The notes beneath the pieces were generated by a model. It searched no databases and was not told the DNA's origin. It saw only the letters and a list, made by a program, of their open reading frames with translations. A program made the position numbers and the translations under genes. Positions 58,491 through 64,000 of a stretch of DNA of 64,000 nt are shown piece by piece; positions within the stretch are counted from its first letter, which is position 1; each line of letters starts with the position of its first letter. The stretch is taken from NCBI GenBank assembly GCA_964016885.1, contig OZ024740.1, positions 237,584,001 to 237,648,000 of the forward strand. Direction: 5' to 3'. This DNA comes from Eledone cirrhosa (lineage: Eukaryota).

Positions 58491-58848
58491 TATAAAGAAA
58501 AATAGATGAAATCGAAAATGCAACTGGAGTCTTATTTTAAAAAAATATATATATATTTATTTGGTCCCTTTACCGGTTTCGCAGTTCTTCTGCTTTTTAA
58601 AAGTAGAGTTGAGATGGAGGGTATGTGGTTTTTCTCACATCAGATATGAGAAAAACCACATACCCTCCATCTCAACTCTACTTTTGAAAAGCAGAAGAAC
58701 TGCGAAACCGGTAAAGGAACCAAATAAATATATATATATTTTTAAAAAATAAGACTCCAGTTGCATTTTCGATTTCATCTCTTTTTCTTTATACTTTCAC
58801 TCGTGTAGGTCACCTCGGTTATTTTTCAATTTGTAAAAAAACCCTCAC

Positions 58849-58854
<6 letters not shown>
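58491..58854. repeat. Palindrome (~147-bp arms) plus 60-nt tail, between (TA)n tracts
   Basis: 58491-58637 is the reverse complement of 58647-58793. Confidence 0.95.
58681..58716 (+). ncRNA. Minimal hammerhead variant (U3-A8 core)
   Basis: CTT-TTGAAAA-GCAG-AAGAA-CTGC-GAAAC-CG-GTA-AAG. Confidence 0.5.
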
Positions 58855-58936
<82 letters not shown>

Positions 58937-59504
58937 GTGTGTATGCGTGTAGGTAGTGTTATTATGTTTAGAAACTGATGTCTACTTTCTCATTGGACTA
59001 TGCTAAGTTGGTGAGTTGGGGCGGACGAGTGGGAAAAATATTTAGGAGATTCAAAGATTGTATGCGTCAATCGTACAGAAATAATGAAAAGATTAATATT
59101 ATATTTTTTAAGAAAGTTAGTTTTAAAGAAAGTCAGTTTGTTTCTGTTTTTTGTTTGAAAATAGAAGATTTACTGGCTCATGTTAATTTTTCATTCTCTT
59201 CCACACTAATTTGTAATGGAAAGGTTGCTCCAAGGTATTTATACTGTCTTACACAGCAATGGTTGAGGATAGGCGGCGCTTAGGGGTCTTTCACAATAAT
59301 ACCTAAAGGGAGGATGAGGAGTTAAAAATCTAGAGACTATATGTCATGACACTTGTAGAGAAATACTGTAAAAAGATTAATATTATATTTTCAATGGTTA
59401 TATGCACCAGCGATAGAGAAATTATGAAAAGATTAATATCATATTTTTTAAGAATACAGAAAGATAGTTTGTTTTTATTTTTTTGTTTAAGAATGAAAGA
59501 TTTA

Positions 59505-59616
<112 letters not shown>

Positions 59617-59672
59617 GCGTGTGTGCGTGTGTGTGTGTGCGTGTGTGTGTGTGTGCGTGCGTGTGTGCGTGC

Positions 59673-59704
<32 letters not shown>

Positions 59705-59837
59705 GTGTAAGGGTAGATAAGGTTTTGTTTTCAAGAATGAATGCTTAAACACGATAACTGCTTACCAGAGAATTTGACTCCTGTAGCATAAATATCCAAG
59801 CAGGGGAATATGTCCAGAAGAGATCACAGAGTATATC

Positions 59838-60156
59838 ATATAAGCAAGTAATGCACCAAGAAAAATATAAACTTCAGTGAGAAAGGAAATTAGGAAGTTA
59901 TTTGCTTTAACATATGTTTCTTTGTCTTTTACAATTCCTGAATTCTACTGCATGGTGGATAGTCACTTCCAAAAACAATTATAAGATTTCTGAAGAAGTG
60001 TGATAAATAATTAAGTATTGCATATGACTGAACAATATATATTGTAATCAGCATATGTAGACAATTATAATAGACACAGAAACATATGTTAAATCAAATA
60101 AATCCTTAATTTCTTTTCTTGCTGAAGTTTATATTTTTCTAGGTGCAATACTTGCT

Positions 60157-60160
<4 letters not shown>
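59838..60160. repeat. Head-to-head inverted repeat of the long-stem-II hammerhead family
   Basis: 59838-59935 is an imperfect reverse complement of 60062-60160; related to 27115-27930. Confidence 0.8.
59985..60095 (+). ncRNA. Hammerhead motif with an 82-nt extended stem II
   Basis: GATTT-CTGAAGA-[GTGT..ATAATT..CATATG-CTGA-ACAATAT/ATATTGT-TCAG-CATATG..AATTAT..ACAC]-GAAAC-ATAT-GTT-AAATC. Confidence 0.7.
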
Positions 60161-60246
<86 letters not shown>

Positions 60247-60421
60247 TAAACGGAATAGAAAATGCTGACAAATTGTTCACAGTGAAAAATAGTTTAATTA
60301 GGAATAAGTGAGAATTAGTAATAGTATTGGTTAGTATTCAGTTTTGGTTTTAAGTTTTACCGGTTACGCATTTCTAATGCTTTTCAAAAATAATTTTGAG
60401 ATAGAGCGTCCGTGATGTTTG

Positions 60422-60527
<106 letters not shown>

Positions 60528-60602
60528 TATGGACATATCGGAGTATTGACGGAGTAAAACACTTTAACAACCTGTGTTACTGTCTCTACCAGAACAATTC
60601 GG

Positions 60603-60657
60603 ACTGCCTGAAGAGGTCACAGCCAATGATGGCTTTCACCGAAATATATATAGCAGT
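60603..60657 (+). ncRNA. Type I hammerhead ribozyme
   Basis: ACTGC-CTGAAGA-GGT..AGCCA/TGGCT..ACC-GAAAT-ATAT-ATA-GCAGT; AATAAA 10 nt downstream; TA flanks. Confidence 0.82.
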
Positions 60658-60798
60658 ACATCTTTAATAAATGAAGCCAAATTTTAAATATTCGACTTAA
60701 TTATTTTATTTTATATATACATATATATACATATATATATATTTCGTTTCTGAATTATTGGCAACATGACCCTCCCAATGTATAACAATATATATATA

Positions 60799-60837
<39 letters not shown>

Positions 60838-60846
<9 letters not shown>

Positions 60847-61147
60847 TAAACGGAATAGAAAATGCTGACAAATTGTTCACAGTTGAAAAATGGTTTAATT
60901 AGGAATAAAAGAGTATTAGTGATTGTATGGGTTAGTATTCAGTTGTGGTTTTAAGTTTTTAAGCTTTTAAGTTTTTAAGTTTTTCTTAAAACTTAAAAAC
61001 TTAAAACCACAACTGAATACTAACCCATACAATCACTAATACTCTTTTATTCCTAATTAAACCATTTTTCAACTGTGAACAATTTGTCAGCATTTTCTAT
61101 TCCGTTTACCAATATATAATAACTTGTGTGTTACACCTCTATTCTTT

Positions 61148-61152
<5 letters not shown>
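60838..61152. repeat. Palindrome (~125-bp arms) plus short tail; diverged copy of the left arm at 60241-60360
   Basis: TATTGGTAAACGG...TTAAG mirrored by CTTAA...CCGTTTACCAATA. Confidence 0.92.
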
Positions 61153-61189
<37 letters not shown>

Positions 61190-61293
61190 TATTGAAGTTT
61201 CTGTTGAAAATTGAAAAAGTCATAGGAGTGAAGAGTGCTCTATGTAAGCACCAGAGCAAAATTTAATGTATAATAAACAATACAATATAATTA

Positions 61294-61363
61294 CCTCATT
61301 ACCAGACGTTTCCCGAATAAGACGAATACGAAAAAAACGTCCTCATTCGTTCGTCGGACAAGG
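61294..61363 (-). ncRNA. Degenerate hammerhead-like motif
   Basis: CCTTGT-CCGACGA-A-CGAATGAGGACG..CGTCTTATTCG-G-GAAAC-GTCTG-GTA-ATGAGG (U4 changed to C). Confidence 0.45.
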
Positions 61364-62089
61364 CAATATAAAACATAGTGAAATATTTGGAAAGTCTCCT
61401 CAAGAAATGCAAAATATATATATATATATAAACAAAAGTAATGCAAGAGATATATAAAATATATAAAAAAATATAAGGAAATAAGTTAGGTGTGTTAATA
61501 TGTATGTATATACACTCACAAATGTACATATGTATGTACAAATGCGTGTGTATGGTGAAAATGTGTGCGTAAGTACATATATGAGGGCAAGTATATTTGT
61601 GTATATGTAACCACAAATACGGATATAATATGAGTTGAAAAAGAAAATGATAATATAGTTGATACGTATCCAGATACAGGTATTAGATACACATACGAGT
61701 ATGAAAGCACGCGTATAAACACACGCACACGCGCGGTCACTTATATGCGGAAGATAAAGAGGGAAGGGAGTGTAATAGTTAAAAGAAAGTGTCATTCTCG
61801 ATATATGTATAAAAATGAAACAATATATGAGAAAGAAAACAATTTTTAAATGAAAGAGAAAGTAGTCAATTAACACTAGAGAAAAGAAAAGAAAACAAAC
61901 ATAGGTACACGCGTACATACACATATATCTATAAAAAATATATATCTATAAAAAAAAAAAATTATACACGCAAGTACGTACAGACAAAAGCGCATGCATG
62001 CGTACATACATACACAGGATGCACGTATATATATACATACATATCGCCCCATGTAAATCTAATCACACGTACGTACGCGCGACTATATA

Positions 62090-64000
62090 TCTATCTATAT
62101 ATATAAAAATGAATGTATGTTTGTTTGTTTGTCCAAAGATATAAACGGAGAAAGAGAAATCAACGTATATTCAAACAGAGAGTGAAAGAGCGAGTAGTCT
62201 GGCTGCTTTGAACCACTCCCTATATTAGACTGTCTCTAAAGTTATAAACGGAGAAAGAGAAATCAACGTATAGACAAAGAGAGAGTGAAAGAGCAACGAG
62301 TGAAAGAGCGAGTAGTCTGGCTGCTTTGAACCACTCCCTATATTAGACTGTCTCTAAAGTTATAAACGGAGAAAGAGAAATCAACGTATAGACAAAGAGA
62401 GAGTGAAAGAGCAACGTATAGACAAAGAGAGAGTGCTATAAACGGAGAAAGAGAAATCAACGTATAGACAAAGAGTGAGTGAAAGAGCGAGTGTGAAATT
62501 TTTTTAATTAAAGATAATTTCAATAGAATTAGTATTCTCTCTTTCATTTAATATAATTTCAATAGAATTAGTAAATTCTCTCTTTAATTTAATATAATTT
62601 CAATAGAATTAGTATAGTGTCTGTTTCACATTACTTCCCTTCCACTCCCATTACAGGGAATTCTTTTTCAGCTAGCCCTTAACTAAGTGCTGTAATTTGA
62701 TATCTTCATTTCGTCTGTCCTTATTTTCATGACCTGGACACATACGTGGACCGACATCATTTCAAGAATTGAGAACAGTAAACGGTCAAGTATGTGCCAC
62801 TTATCGTGAAGCTTGCCAAGAATTAAATCTTCTTGAAAATGATGGACATTGGGACACTTCACTCGCTGATGCATCGAATACTGCTCGACCAAAGCAAATA
62901 CGCACATTATTCTCAATAATATTGACAACGTGCTTCCCATCAAATCCAAAAGATCTTTGGGAAAAATATAAAGACTACATGAGTGCAGACATCCTACATC
63001 GTTTGCGTGCAACAAATCTAAATATGAATATTCAATTCACACAAAATGTGTATAATGAAGCATTGGTTTCCATTGAGGTCATATGTTTAGCAATCGCTAA
63101 CAAAACATTGGTACAATTGGGAATGCCTGCGCCGAATCGATCTGTAAACGACATTTTCGATCGTGATTTGCAACGAGAAACAAACTTTGATGTCGCCGAA
63201 TTGGGTACATTTGTTCAAACGAATCTTCCCAAATTGCTACCAGAACAACGCATAGTATATAACCAAATTATGCAGGCAATTATAAGTCAAAGCGGCGGAT
63301 TGTATTTTATAGATGCGCCCGGTGGTACAGGCAAAACTTTTCTCATTTCACTTATTTCGGCAACTATACGATCAGAAAATAATATTGCACTGGCAATCGC
63401 ATCAGCTGGAATTGCGGCAACTCTTTTAGATGGTGGCCGAACAGCACATTCAGCCCTGAAATTGCCATTGAATATGCAAATCGCTGAGACATCAACATGC
63501 AATATTACCAAAAATTCTGGTATAGGTAAAGTACTCCAATCATGTAAAATCATTATATGGGACGAATGTACTATGGCGCACAAAAAATCATTGGAAGCGC
63601 TTAATAATACGCTAAAAGATTTGAAAGGAAATGAACAGCTCTTCGGTGGCACACTCATTTTATTGTCTGGTGATTTTCGACAAACTCTACCAGTTATACC
63701 GCGATCAACACCCGCTGATGAGCTTAATGCATGTCTCAAATCATCAGTTTTATGGCGACACGTACAGAAATTAACTTTAAAAAACAATATGCGTGTACAA
63801 CTACAAAATGACGCATCCTCTGAACGTTTCACAAAACAATTGCTGGATATTGGGAATGGGAAAATGGTAATCGATGATTCCACAAAATGTATCACATTGC
63901 CAACAAACTTCTGTAGAATCACGGCAACCAGAGACGAACTGATTCACAAAGTGTTCCCAAATATTGCGCAGCATTACAAAAATCATCAGTAGCTCAGTGT
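62090..64000 (+). mobile_element. Internally deleted Helitron (5' end, subterminal tandem repeats, helicase region); continues past the window end
   Basis: 5' TCTATCTATATATATAAAAATGAATGTATGTTTG; tandem repeats 62140-62500; helicase ORF. Confidence 0.75.
62741..63992 (+). pseudogene. Helitron RepHel PIF1-like helicase fragment
   Basis: IRGPTSFQELRTVNG, DAPGGTGKT, IIWDECTMAHK, LSGDFRQTLPV, LLDIGNG; Rep domain absent; TAG at 63990 probably replaces a Trp codon. Confidence 0.93.

Noticed and set aside
62769-63992. Host PIF1 helicase gene
   Set aside because: Intronless, carries the Helitron-specific GPTSF.ELRTVNG region and an upstream Helitron terminus, and is truncated

Overview
This is an AT-rich eukaryotic (animal) window made almost entirely of repeats. 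The SINE/LINE families and dense (TA)n/(CA)n/(TC)n/(GAT)n microsatellites fit an octopod cephalopod best (inference). No host gene or exon is supported; most short ORFs are microsatellite or antisense artefacts. Retroelements: a near-intact RTE LINE (1002-aa APE-RT ORF with a PHD-like finger inside the RT) plus 4 truncated or decayed RTE pieces; a cluster of four Tx1/L1-clade LINE insertions in a GATA/TA microsatellite; a decayed CRE-clade element; two Penelope-like (RT/GIY-YIG) remnants; a probable solo LTR; several SINE families. DNA elements: a Helitron helicase remnant and a hAT MITE. The main unexplained signal is a dense set of short elements inserted in (TA)n tracts. Many form asymmetric head-to-head palindromes, and many carry type I minimal hammerhead ribozyme motifs (CUGANGA...GAAA...NUH with paired stem I, AATAAA at or just after stem I, palindromic loop III). 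These come from at least 7 unrelated sequence families, and several have very long stem II hairpins. All folding and coordinates were read by eye, so ends are approximate.
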